Assembly (NCBI GenBank): GCA_038496445.1 | Contig: JALMLS010000279.1 | Span: forward strand, 62,001-126,000 | Direction: 5' to 3' | Source: Trichosphaerium sp. ATCC 40318 | Taxonomy: Eukaryota > Protista > Tubulinea | DNA: 64,000 nt | In this document: positions 40,081 through 52,859 of the stretch, piece after piece | How the letters are laid out: every line of letters starts with the position of its first letter | How positions within the stretch are numbered: the stretch's first letter is position 1 | Made by a program: the position numbers and the translations under genes | The notes under the pieces: model-generated | What the model saw: the letters and a program-made list of their open reading frames with translations, nothing else | Database searches by the model: none | Told to the model about the DNA's origin: nothing

Positions 40081-40881
40081 TCAAACAGAGAGAATAACCA
40101 TAGCTAACACAAGTACTACATCAAAAAATACACGTGAAGTGCTACTTGGAGGCGAAGTCGGCGCGACAGTAGGTGCAACAGTTGCTGCAATGGATGGATT
40201 TTGAGTGGATGTTGGTGTTGCAGTAGTAGGAGAATTGGTGTTAGGATTGGTAGGAGACTCAGTTGTAGGGGGAGGAACAATACTTGGGTTTGGATACAAA
40301 GCCATATCATAGACGCCAACAGTAACGTTGTTTTCCAAAATGGGTGAAAACACAAATAGTCCGATGTTGAAAACTATAACTGATGAGTTATCACATACAA
40401 TGAGCAGAATTTCATCATCCAAGGTTGACAATCCTAGACAACATAATTAACATCCGATGGCTCACGATGCATAATCTAGCTTGAGAACTGAGTTGTTTAC
40501 CTGTAGGTTGTGTACAAAAATCTGGCATTGATTCAGTTCTTGTTGTTTCACAATTCACAATGAGATTATCTTGAGGAATCGAAGCTTACATGATCATACC
40601 AGAGGTACCAATACGATACAAAAAAGTACCGACGACAGCAGCTTAAACAAGAGTGAGTACAAAACTTTGTTTACATGTGCTTATAGCGTTCGTACCGTGC
40701 TGTGTGTCAGAATGCCTGTGACAATATCATGACATCTCTTTGTTACATTACAAGTATCGACATCAAGTTCAGCAAGGCCAATGTTCGTATTTGCGGATGA
40801 CATTTCACCCCATATGAACAACTTTCCGGAAATGGGATCAACACTCAATGAAGTGTATGCGCTTACATCACATTCCTTCAA
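40081..40881 (-). CDS. 3' portion of a cell-surface protein (Pro/Thr-rich stalk and hydrophobic C-terminal anchor); apparently 5'-truncated
   Basis: Exons with GT-AG junctions ending PPPTTESPTNP...VFFDVVLVLAMVILSV*. No signal-peptide exon found before the ACS relic at about 41090. Confidence 0.55.
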
Positions 40882-41089
40882 CTAAAAACGCTTGGTAAGT
40901 AACAGTGTGCCAACATTTAGAATAACCACTTTCTATGGTTTGGGTTACAATCTTGTGAAAAGTTGTTACATTTTAATAATGACAACAATAGGTGGTAAGG
41001 TACGCCAAATTAAAACGTTACATAAGTTTTCAGTGTTTTCTCGCCATCTCACGGATTCCCGTTAAATCTAGGAGCGTTAGCTGAATATC

Positions 41090-41450
41090 TTCTTCACGTT
41101 ACAAAAGATTGCGCTCTCGAACAATCGGCCAGCTGAAATTCAGACAACTCGTTCAAATTGTCGTATGGACAGAAATACGCGATTTGTTGGTTACTATCAC
41201 AAGGACGTGAAGCAACAGACACCACTTAAAAGCGTTTAGAAAATGAACATTCTTAAGAAGTAGAGGATGTGTTTTACCGTCTGTAGTGTAGTTTTGTATT
41301 AATTTTGTAGCAGTTAGGTTTGCTTTAGTAATTCGTACTGAAGTCTCTTTTTTGCAACGTTTCGTTACATGTTGGATACAGTTCCGACACTCAATGACGG
41401 GTTTTTTGGTATTGCTATTCCGTCATTTAAGTTTTTTGAAACAGACGGGA
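41090..41450 (-). pseudogene. Relic of the acyl-CoA synthetase 5' end
   Basis: CGTTTAGAAAATGAACATTCTTAAGAAGTAGAGGATGTGTTTTACCGTCT is identical to 47641-47690. Flanks are diverged and the start codon is lost. Confidence 0.8.
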
Positions 41451-41582
41451 GCAATACACAAAATAATTCAACTTTCACCTAAATGTTCACCTGTCACGTT
41501 TCACCAATAGTCACTTCCATCACCATTCATAGTTTTTCTGTGTGTTCGGTTTCAGCCATTTGTTTTTGTTACGAAGCACACA

Positions 41583-44500
41583 ATGAGCTTCACCTCGGTA
41601 GCTTTGTTATTCCTATTATGTATCTTCACCAGCGTTATGCTAGCGGATCAAACTAGGCTCAAGCTGACAGCAAAAGAATTCGTTTTTAATCATCGAAACA
41701 AACGTAATGTTGATAATAGGCATGTTTCGGTGGGGCGCGGTTCAAGACATTATGAGGAGGTTAATATCTTTTTAGCGCTATCTTGGAGGTCTATGGCGTT
41801 CGGCATGGTACAAAGGATATTACACTGCTTCTTAAACGCTCTAAGCAAAGTAAACCAGCAGGTACTCACACTTTTCTTTTGATTGTATTTTTGTTGTTCC
41901 GGCGCTGACGGAATAGTCTATGTAAAAGGAGAGAAGGTAAACGCCACGAAGAATCACGCTTCTATATTTACTGGCCATATCACTGGAGACTCTGATAGTA
42001 TAGTAGTACGCTTGTTTTCCTTTCGTATTAGGCATAATTTGATGAAAAAACACAACAAAACACGTGGGTGGACAAAGTTGACCCTATTTTCAACATTCAT
42101 GGGATTGAAGTGTAGTTTTTAAGGGTTTTTAAGTGTACACTAACTATAGCTAGGTTGTCCTACTGAGAGACGCTAAGATCATGGGCATGGTTCATCTATC
42201 CAATGGCGAGGATCATTCTCTTACCTTTAACGAAACATTGTATCTCGTACCTATTGTGTACAATGTATCACGCGATCACCCAAAGCATCTCAACAGCTGT
42301 GATACGCATGAAAACAACAACAAATCCGCTTGGCGAGGTTTCAAACGAAGTGTCCAGACCACCAAACGCTCGTTGATTCCAACTTGTTCTACAAATGGAA
42401 TATCAAACTTCAACGGAAAACAGTACAACCTCCGACTAGCCATAGAATCAAATCCAGCTTATTTGGCTCTTTTTTCATCTTCAACTGAAGCATCAGACTA
42501 TATGGATCTTGTTGTAGCTACGGTACGATTTATACAGTGCTTAAGATTGTGATTTCTAACTCCTTTCGCACAGGTTTCAGCTATCTACCTGCGTGACTTT
42601 TATGCCACTGTAGATCTTGTAATACACAATCTAAACAGTCCTCATGGTGAAGACGACAAAGTAATGAAAACTCACTATGAGGCAAATCCACCTTCACAAT
42701 CTTATGACTTTGGTATTGCGGTACGGGGTGGAAGCGGTGGTGGTTATGCAACAGTTGGTAAGTAATTTTACGCGGTATTTGAAAAGAATTACTAAAGCTT
42801 CAAAAAAGGAGGTCTGTGTAACAGTAACAAATTTGGATATGTCAAAGTTGCCACAACTTACGGAACTTCTGCTTACAATGCAAAACATGATATTTACATT
42901 CTTGGACACGAGGTACTTTCATTGTCACAAAATTCGTTACAGTTGGCTAACATTTTGTTAGATCGGTCATCTTATTGGTTCTCAACACACATTCCATTCT
43001 GATTATACCCCTAAAATAGACGATTGCGATGATGATGGTATCAACCCTGCACCTGCTGATGGAGGTATGTACTATTGGGATATCGTTGTTTACAAATGTT
43101 TACTTGCTTTAGGTACAATTATGAGTTACTGTCATACTACAGGCTATCATAACATCAACTTGTACATGGGAAAAGTTGGAGCATTTGGATACCAGCACGT
43201 GCAAACTTGATTACTTTTATTTGTCTTAATTACTAACACGTTTTTTCTCTAAACATAGGAGCGAAAGAGTAAATCAATTCATTCGTGATTATCTTGAAGA
43301 CAAAGAAACATGTGCCAACCTAGCTTCCGTACCTTATGTAGTACGGTCAAATATCATTACTCATGCGTTTCTAAATCAACAATCGTAGGCACCAACACCT
43401 ACTCTCCCTACTTTGTCAGGATCTGTTCCAGGAAGAATTGATGCTCTTGAGTTTGTTGCGTTCTCTGATACAACTCTTGGTTCGCAGAGTACGCCCTATT
43501 AGCTTTTAAAACTGTTATTCAATTACATGATGCTGTATTCATCGCTATTGCTTCGAAATTCATTTATCTCGTTTAACGGAGCTTCTTCCAGGATCCACAT
43601 TTGGAGATCTGTGTTGTAAACAAGACTATTACCAAGAATTTAAGTCTTCACAATACCTTCCAGATATTATACCAAGAGATGCTAATGGAGATTGCGCTAT
43701 TGGGAACATAGAGGCAAACGAATATATCGAGTACAATGTAGATTTTGGTGAATCAAGTCAATACTCGTTTGAGTTGTCCTATGCGCGAGGCGACTCATGT
43801 GATACATCTGTTACAATTATCGTGGATGGAGTAGAACTAGAAACACTAAACGCTCCAAGTACTGGAGATTGGAACACGTACAGCACAGTATCTGTACATC
43901 TCGGAAATTACAAGATTGATGATGGCGAAAAAACTGTTAGACTGCTCTTTCCTGACGGCGGTTTGAACATTCAGTGGTTTGATATGCAAACAGCTGTACC
44001 CTTCCTAGAGACTATATCAGGAAGTATACCTGGTCTTATTCGTGGTTCTGACTTTGTTGACTTCTTGGATGATACTCTTGGAGTACAAAGTACGTTTGTT
44101 GTGAGCATGTGAATCAATTTCGATGTTGTTCAATTTTAAAGTGCACTTTTACTTTTGTACTTATCACTTAACAGATTACCAACCCCAAGAGGATTATTGT
44201 GGCAAAAACCCGTACTTTGACGCCAATAGAGATACAACGAATCTCCCTGACTTAGCCAAAAAAAATGCGGATGGATATTGCACAGTGCAAAGAATCAATG
44301 CAAATGAGTACATTACTTATCGAGTCCATGTTAATGCTCCAGGAGAATACGACTTTGAAATTAAAATCTCAAGAGGTCAGCCAGGATGGAAGGATTTCGA
44401 GGTTCTTGTGGACGATGTGTCAGCAGGTGTATTCACTATGATCCCTAATGGAAGTTGGACTACGTTCGTTACAAGAACATTTTCTCTTGATCATTATTTC

Positions 44501-45308
44501 ACAGAAGGATTACATGACATCAAACTGCTTTTTTTAGAGAGTGGTACTGTTAGCACTTTCTATTATCAATGGTTTGATATGCAACTAAGAGCGCCTTCTC
44601 TTCCTTTACACTCAGGAAACGCACCAGATCAAATACGAGCTGTTGACTTTGTTGGTTTCCTTGACGATTCCCTTGGTTCACAAAGCACGTGTTTTTTAAA
44701 AGAACTGAATTTATGTCTTTTCAAGTGATGATATTTCTTTGATACAAATCCAACGCACCACCTTTTTTGTTTTTGAACTTGACACTTTTTTACGATAACT
44801 TGTCTTGAAAACAACATTATCAAACACATTCCGTAAGATACTCGCTAGAATTTAAATTAATTATAACGTTATTCACAAGATTTTAAAAACTAATGACATT
44901 ATAGAGCCAATTGATGAAGACTTATGTGGCCGCGAGTACTATTACAACACATTTCATTTACATGCGAACCTACCTGATATTGTTCCAACAAACCTTGATG
45001 CTGATGGTCTCTGTGCTATTGCTCACATAAACAACCTTGAATACGTAGAATATATTGTAAACACAGACACAGCAGGTGTATACACATTCGAATTGAACTA
45101 TGCCAGAGGGATATCGGGAAGTGATACTGTGGACATAGTTGTTGATTCAGTAACCATGGCAACATTTACTGTTTCTGGAACAGGTGGTTGGTATTCGTAC
45201 ACTACAAGTAGTATATCGCTTGGGTCTCTTTCAGTAGGGGATCATGATATTAAGCTTGAGTTTAATGGAAGACTTAACTACAGATGGTTCAAGTTAGAAC
45301 TAGTTTAA
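41583..45308 (+). CDS. Secreted M12 metzincin metallopeptidase with three CBM6-like domains, copy 2
   Basis: Collinear with 34517-38213, with the same intron positions and intact HEIGHLIGSQH and GTIMSYCH. Confidence 0.88.
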
Positions 45309-45472
45309 AAAACTGTTCATCTGAGGATTTGGTTCAACGTTTTTTTTGATATTTGATGGCTTGTTAACATGTTTGTTTTGATAAAGAATAAATATGTCAT
45401 CATTTGAAGAAATTAATAGTTTACTCAGTATTTTGCGTTACATACAATTTTTATCAGGGTTAATGTTTTTAT

Positions 45473-47815
45473 TTATCCTCGCTGTTTTTTGAGTTTGTAC
45501 CGTTGTATTTTACCTGACTCCGTCTTTGGGAGGTCATCTATAAACTCAATTTCTCTCGGATATTCATGTGCTGATAGACGTGTCTTTACATGGTTTTGGA
45601 GAAGCTTCTTAGTTTCCTACACATCCAAGTTAAACAATCTAAATGAGACAACAAAAAGCACTTTTACCTCCGATTTTTTGAATCCTTCTCTGAGTACAAC
45701 AAACGCTTTTACAACTTCACCTCTCTCTTTATCAGGTGACCCAATAACAGCACAATCTGCAACAGATTCATGGGCTATCAATTCTGTTTCAACTTCTGCG
45801 GGCCCTATACGATAACCAGCGCTAGAAGTGACTGAACAAAACTAAAGTTCCTTAAATGATTGAAACGTACCTTAAAATTATGTCATCAACTCTACCCAAA
45901 AATGTAAAGAATTCACCGTCTCTTACAACTTTATCTCCAGTACGACTCCAAATTCCAGTATTCTTCAAATTGGTTTTTTCTTCGTTCTTCCAGTAACTAC
46001 AAGAACTCAATCATACAAGGAGTCAAAAATTCAATGAATAAAATCACATACTTCTTGAACCAATGGAGAGGAGATTCTGGTACATTAACAGCAAGTTCTC
46101 CTGGCTCGTCAGTTTCTTTGAGATTATCATCAATCACGTGCATGCTAAGCTGTTTAGAATTCTTTCATTTGTTTCGCAGTCACATACCTGAATCCAGGCA
46201 TACAAACGCCCATAGATCCACTTGGTGATTCTTTTCTCAGGTCCGGATGACCGTGATTAATAATCATCATGCCATTCTCAGTTTGTCCGTAGTGATCACA
46301 TATTCGTGTTCCCCATACCTTTTGAAAGCATTCTATTACTTCAGTGGGTAAAGGTTCTCCTAAACAAATTTGTTTTGAGTTCAACCGTTTTCCATAAACC
46401 TCGCATTGCATCATTTGAATCAAATGTACCTGCTGAACATGCAAGACGCACTGAGTTGTCATACTGTTCTAATACTCCAGACCCTGCGGCGCGAATAGTC
46501 TTATACGCAGTTGGAGCTGCAGCAACTGTGGTAACTTTGTAATCTTGGATGACCTAAAGTCATCAGTATCTAAAGCCTTACAAACTTGTTTACCTTCAAT
46601 GTTTTTTCAACTGAAAACTTCGTATTGATGAACATGGCGGGTATACCAAGAATCATAGGTCCCCATACGTTGTAATAGAGTCCGTAAGCCCATCCAGGAT
46701 CAGCGATATTATAGTAAGATTCCTTACAATCGCCGTGAAGATTGAATCCTTCAAGCTATTGTAAGTCGGAACTTTACTATTATTGTACCAAATTGCATGT
46801 AAGCAGAGAAAGATGCAAGGGATTTAACAGGTATTTCAACACCTTTCTATTAAATAGGTAAATCAAAGAAAGAAAAATGGTTGTACCGGCTGTCCTGTAG
46901 TACCACTATAAGATATCAAAAATTAATGTTAAAATATGCAGTAAAATTGCACCTGGTGTATATAATCCCAAGCAAGTCATCTCCTTGCATCACTTCAGGA
47001 TCAACCATATAATCACGTGTTGTATCACTTGAACTTTCAAAGTCATGTGTCTTAAAATCCAACGCCTTTTTCATATCAAAGAAATGTACTCAACATCATG
47101 TTACCTCTGCTGTATCATCCAAGAAAGGAACAGCTATTATTGCTGGTTGATCATCACTTGATGTAAACATGCCTTTAAACTTGAACAAGTGATCTCTATG
47201 TACCACAATGGCCTTGCATCCACTATCTTTTACACGATAGCTTATCGCATTAGGTCCCAAAGCAGTGAATAAAGGAAGGTATACAGCACCAATTCTTGCA
47301 AGACCACATGCACTTTTTTGACAAAAAAATCAGTTGCCAGGTTTTTTTTTTCGTTTAACAGTTTTGATTGACGCACGTGGAGTACAATGATGGTATCTTT
47401 GGGAGCATCACTGCTACCTGTATATGGGGTTAGAGGCCTATTCTTGTTGATGTTGATATTACCCTGTCTCCTTTGGAAACACCAAGAGATCGCAAGAGAA
47501 TCGCTATTCGAGATGATTCAGATTGAAGACTATGAAAGGAAATTGTTGATTTTGTCCCGTTTAAATCATCGTATTGGAGAGCAATACGCGATTGCTGGTG
47601 ACCATCGCAAAGACGTGAAGCAACCGGCACTGTTTAAAAACGTTTAGAAAATGAACATTCTTAAGAAGTAGAGGATGTGTTTTACCGTCTTTAGTGTAGT
47701 CTTTAAGTAATTTTGTAACAGTTCTGTTTGCTTTGGCGTAATTTGTGCTGAAGCCCCTTTTCTTATGCTTTAATATAGTGTAGCGTTTCGTTGCATGTTG
47801 TATACGCGAAAACAT
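45473..47815 (-). CDS. Acyl-CoA synthetase (AMP-forming, acetate/medium-chain type) with basic mitochondrial-type presequence
   Basis: [59 protein letters not shown]-terminus [23 protein letters not shown]. Confidence 0.92.
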
Positions 47816-48058
47816 GGCCAATAATTAATTAAAATCGGTTGACAGTTCCAACAGTCAAAGATGGTTTTTCTTGAAATTTCAAAAAGTTGACGCCACTGTT
47901 GATGTTTTATCCAAAAGATTACTTCAATCGCCATTTCATAGATGTTGTCCAACACCACGATGAACGTAGGAACGTCTGAAAAACAGTCAAATCACGTTTT
48001 TGAGTTAAGTTGTGTCTGTTTAAGGTTCATGTCCAGTTTATCCGGTTGAGTACTCATC

Positions 48059-48743
<685 letters not shown>

Positions 48744-48983
48744 TGATATCGATAAAAACAATAATAAAAACCTTCATTTTTGGAGTATTTGTTTTATTTC
48801 AATATCATGCTAGTTGTAGACTCTCGAAGATTATGAGGTTGTAAATGGGCGCCTTGTAATGATGTTATTGCTTATAATAGTTTCAATTGCTCTTAAGAGT
48901 TTCAGCAAAGCATTCATTATAACAAGTCAGCGGTTTACAGGTCCGGACTTTATTGTTTACATAATGCTTGTGATTATGTATGA

Positions 48984-49448
48984 TCAACAAAAACTGTCTA
49001 TACAAGCTTGATCAAATACAATTGCGAAAAAAGCAGGTAGATGAGTATGCGATACTACATCCCCAAGCTGCCCACAGAACCTTATACAAGCAAAAGTCCA
49101 ATCCCAACCATTGGGTATAAAGTTATCACCGACATCACTTGTTTTTTTTATGTTGACGGTTTGCTTTAGCTCATGACCTTGTCGTAGTCCTTGTCCTTGC
49201 TGTATCTCATGACCTTGTTGTAGATCGTGCACTTGTTGTATCCCTTGTTCTTGTTGTAGCTCATGACCACTGGGTGCCATTGTCTTGCATGTTTCAACGC
49301 ATTTAGAATGTGTGACTATGCATGCTTTAGGATTAACCATTGTAAGGTTGAGGCACAGTTTATTAAATGTAATGCATTCTTCTTTACATGTTTTAGCGGA
49401 TGATAGATATACTACAGAAGAAAGAATAATTGCAATAAGTACGCGCAT
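48984..49448 (-). CDS. Intronless secreted Cys-rich protein with GH(E/D)(L/I)QQ hexapeptide repeats
   Basis: 154-aa ORF: signal peptide, 6-Cys N-domain, Gln/His hexamer linker, 4-Cys C-domain. Confidence 0.75.
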   Translation of the reverse strand: MRVLIAIILSSVVYLSSAKTCKEECITFNKLCLNLTMVNPKACIVTHSKCVETCKTMAPSGHELQQEQGIQQVHDLQQGHEIQQGQGLRQGHELKQTVNIKKTSDVGDNFIPNGWDWTFACIRFCGQLGDVVSHTHLPAFFAIVFDQACIDSFC

Positions 49449-50090
49449 TACTTTAATCGAAGAGGTGTTGCGTTAACAGTTTGAAGTTGTTTTTTTAGAA
49501 GTACTTATTAAAAACCGGAAATTGGACTTCAGTTGTTCGCTGTAGACTGCAATTATAGCCGTAATACACCTGAGATAAGTAGCAAGCGGAGCGTGAGAGT
49601 TATTCCTAAGGATGTACGAAGGAGTTGACCCGGATCATTGATAAAAAAGATTACAAATAATCCTCAATTTTAGTTCGTCATTGCTCTAACAAGACTATGT
49701 ATGTGCACGTGCTCGTAGATCTTACAGTGAGCAATAGTGAGTCCTAAAATTTCCACCGGAGGAATTCTTATTTTTTTGAGTTTGTGAAAACGAATCTAAG
49801 AACTTGGCTGTTCTGCAACTGTAATATCTAGGTAACGCCTTGGAAACAAAAAGTAGCTGAAGCAGAGGAAAACGTGTTAAGCAACACTTAATCGCTGAAC
49901 ATCTGCGTCATTTACCCATAGACAAGTGCAATTGAACACCTTCTTTGAAACTTTATCTTTCTGTTACGCATGTTGACACTTAAAGCTATGAGGTTGATTG
50001 GTTTCACTACCACAAAAGACATTTATTCATTAATTTAACGTGAGCTCTACAAAGAGGAAGATGAGTTTATTAGTCAGACTTGATGAATGT

Positions 50091-52245
50091 CTAAGTGAGC
50101 CATGGTGCAAAATAGCCACCATTTTCTTGTATCACCTTACAAGCTCTTTCATCTGATTTACCCCTATTCGGATTATAAACTGTCTTACCTAATGCAAGGG
50201 ATTCTTTACGCATATCTTCAACAAGTTGTGTTTGAGTACTAGCAAGATTTTTATGCTCTTAGTGAACAAAGTAAGAAAAAAAATAGTCGTTCGTTATTAA
50301 GTTATTGATTTACCGTATGGGTCATTGATGATATCAAAAAGACATCCTTCTTTACAATCCTTCTTCTCAGATAAACTTATAATCTTTCCAGTATTATTCG
50401 GATAACGTTCACCTTAGGAATATGTAAGAAAATTGTTTGAACAGTGAAAAAAAACTCAACACTTTCAACAAATAATTTTGGTTACCTTGCCATGCGTTTG
50501 CTCTTATTTCTCCAAGTAAAAGCTTATAGTTGCCTTTAATAAAGTTTACGTATAGATCGCCTGTTACACTTGTACTGGATAAAGGAACAACAGATCTAGG
50601 ACTAGTTTGATTTGTGCCATTAATGTAATCCCACATATTAATGCTGTCAATACCAGGAAGATTCTCTGGATTATCAGAAGGATCCACGCCTGCCAAATGA
50701 CAGAACTATTCAAATTGAGTATTCGTGCTGGGTTGGTAGGAAGAATTTTTTGTCGTACAGTAGCATACCAATCGCAGATGTGAATGAACCCATTCTAGGA
50801 AAATAAAACGATTAGTCTTTGATCATGAAAGTGTACAGCCATACACGTTTTTGACCAACTTGAGATTTCACAACTCCCCCAGTTACAAATGCATTCACTC
50901 TTACACCTCCTTGAAAATCAGAAAACTTTCCACCACGCATAGGATAGTTGTTTGCAGCGATTTGGACCTAAAAATAAACTTGATATTTCCTTTCAGCAAA
51001 GTCGTTGTACCGGCCCTCCATTATCACTACTGACAACTAAAAGAGTATTATCCCACATACCAAGATCCTTGAGCTTCTGTTTAAATAGTTAGATCACTTA
51101 TTACTTTAGCAGAACTCGTACATTTGTAAGAAGCTTCAAATTATCATCAGCGTACGAAATCATTGCTGTGTAATTTCTACGAGGTTCATTGTTTATGTTC
51201 TTAAACTCATCAATGTAACTCTCAGGCACTTCCAATGGACTATGAACCTGGACAAATAATTAGTTTGCAAACATTATTTAAAGGCATGGTACGTTTTGCA
51301 TTGCATAATACAAAAAAAGAGGTTTAGATTTATCGTGTTCTTCTAGAATTTTTTGAACACGTGTTCTGTAGAGATCTCCAGCGTATACAGTATTGTTCAT
51401 ATTATAAGCGGGCTTATTTGTATCCCACAGATCTATAAGAGTTAAAATTTATAACATAACAACAAAAACGAGTACCTGTATGAACGCCACATGGACTTGT
51501 ACGAGTTTCTAAAATCCAATTTAAGATGAAAAATTTATGTAAAACTGGTTACCTGTCCAGTGGTCTTCCATGCCTCCGAAGTATCCCAGTGAAGTTTTAA
51601 ATCCTCTACCTGCCGGTATGACTTCCTTGGACGACTGTCCAACATGCCTTGATCCTTCAATTAACAACAGACAGGCAAATAGTTTAGCTTGTATTTTACG
51701 TTACCATTTTCCTACTTGATGTGAAACGTAACCAGCTTGAGACAATTTCTTTGGAATTGTCGTCATAGCTTCTGGTATTCCAGCAAGTGGAAAAGTCGTA
51801 GGGGTATTATCTTCATTCACATGGATAGGTAAACGACCACTAGTGTTGAACAAGTGAGTGCATCGTAAAACAAAACTACAGTACCTCAAAAGCGAGCTTC
51901 TAGTTGGAGAGCAATACTGAATGCAAATTAGAGCGTATTTTAAATAATAAAGGACATACCTGGTAAGTATAGTGTTGGGATAATACTATACCCTCCTTTA
52001 GTGCCAACTGATCTATTGTAGGCGTTTTAACCTCTGTGTTACCTAAGTTTGATGAATCACGTGATTTTTTGTAACGAAGTGCGCGAACCGTGGTATCCCA
52101 CGTTGTAGTGTCCTAAATCATCAATCTATGTGGAATTATATTTAATACCTTTAATACTACGTACCAATGCTACTATGATATTTGGTAACCCATACGACGT
52201 TTGTAAAGCACACAAAAGAAGCGCGAAAACCAACAAACTTTTCAT
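50091..52245 (-). CDS. Secreted/lysosomal arylsulfatase (ARSB-like)
   Basis: PNII...DDLG, CSPTRSSLLSGR (formylglycine motif), VGKWH, SDNGG, HICDWY, GIDSINMW, LFDIINDP. Confidence 0.93.
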
Positions 52246-52859
52246 TTGTGACACTGTAGTTGCTCAACAAAGAATGTAGTTTGACTTTTATTAGCATGGA
52301 GCTTACAAGAAAAGGTGCGAATTAGAGTTTAACGGCAGTAGTGAACCAAAGAGAGCATCATGAATGCGCCGAATATTATCCAGATGAAGCTTGTATTGTG
52401 TTTTTATTTTATGTTTCATTTTTATCACGTGATTGTTTGAAGAGACCTTTTCTAATGCTCCCAACCAATAAAAACGAAACTCAAAAAAGAGAATCCAAAA
52501 CGCTTTCTTTGCAATTACGTGGCTATTATCCAAAGGAAAAATAAAAAGTACGTATGCGCCCAAGACGATCATTTCAATCACATACAGGGAACAGCTTGAA
52601 GGTTATCATAAACACAACTCCAAACTATCACGTGACATTCAACTTGAGAGTATGAGTACCAAAGACAGTGATTGCTTTACAACCACAGCCCAACATTGCC
52701 TGTTACGGTAATAGTACTTCACGCATAAGACGAAAAATTACTGTAGGCTTTTGTGACATGAAATTTTATTTATTTCTTCTTGTGAGCAGAAACTATCAAA
52801 CAACACAATATGTTATCAATTCCATACAATAGAAGAGAGATGGAAAGCATTTAGTTTTA

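Noticed and set aside
52303-52720. Short ORFs upstream of the sulfatase
   Set aside because: No motifs. The AT-rich tracts and CACGTG sites suggest intergenic or promoter DNA.
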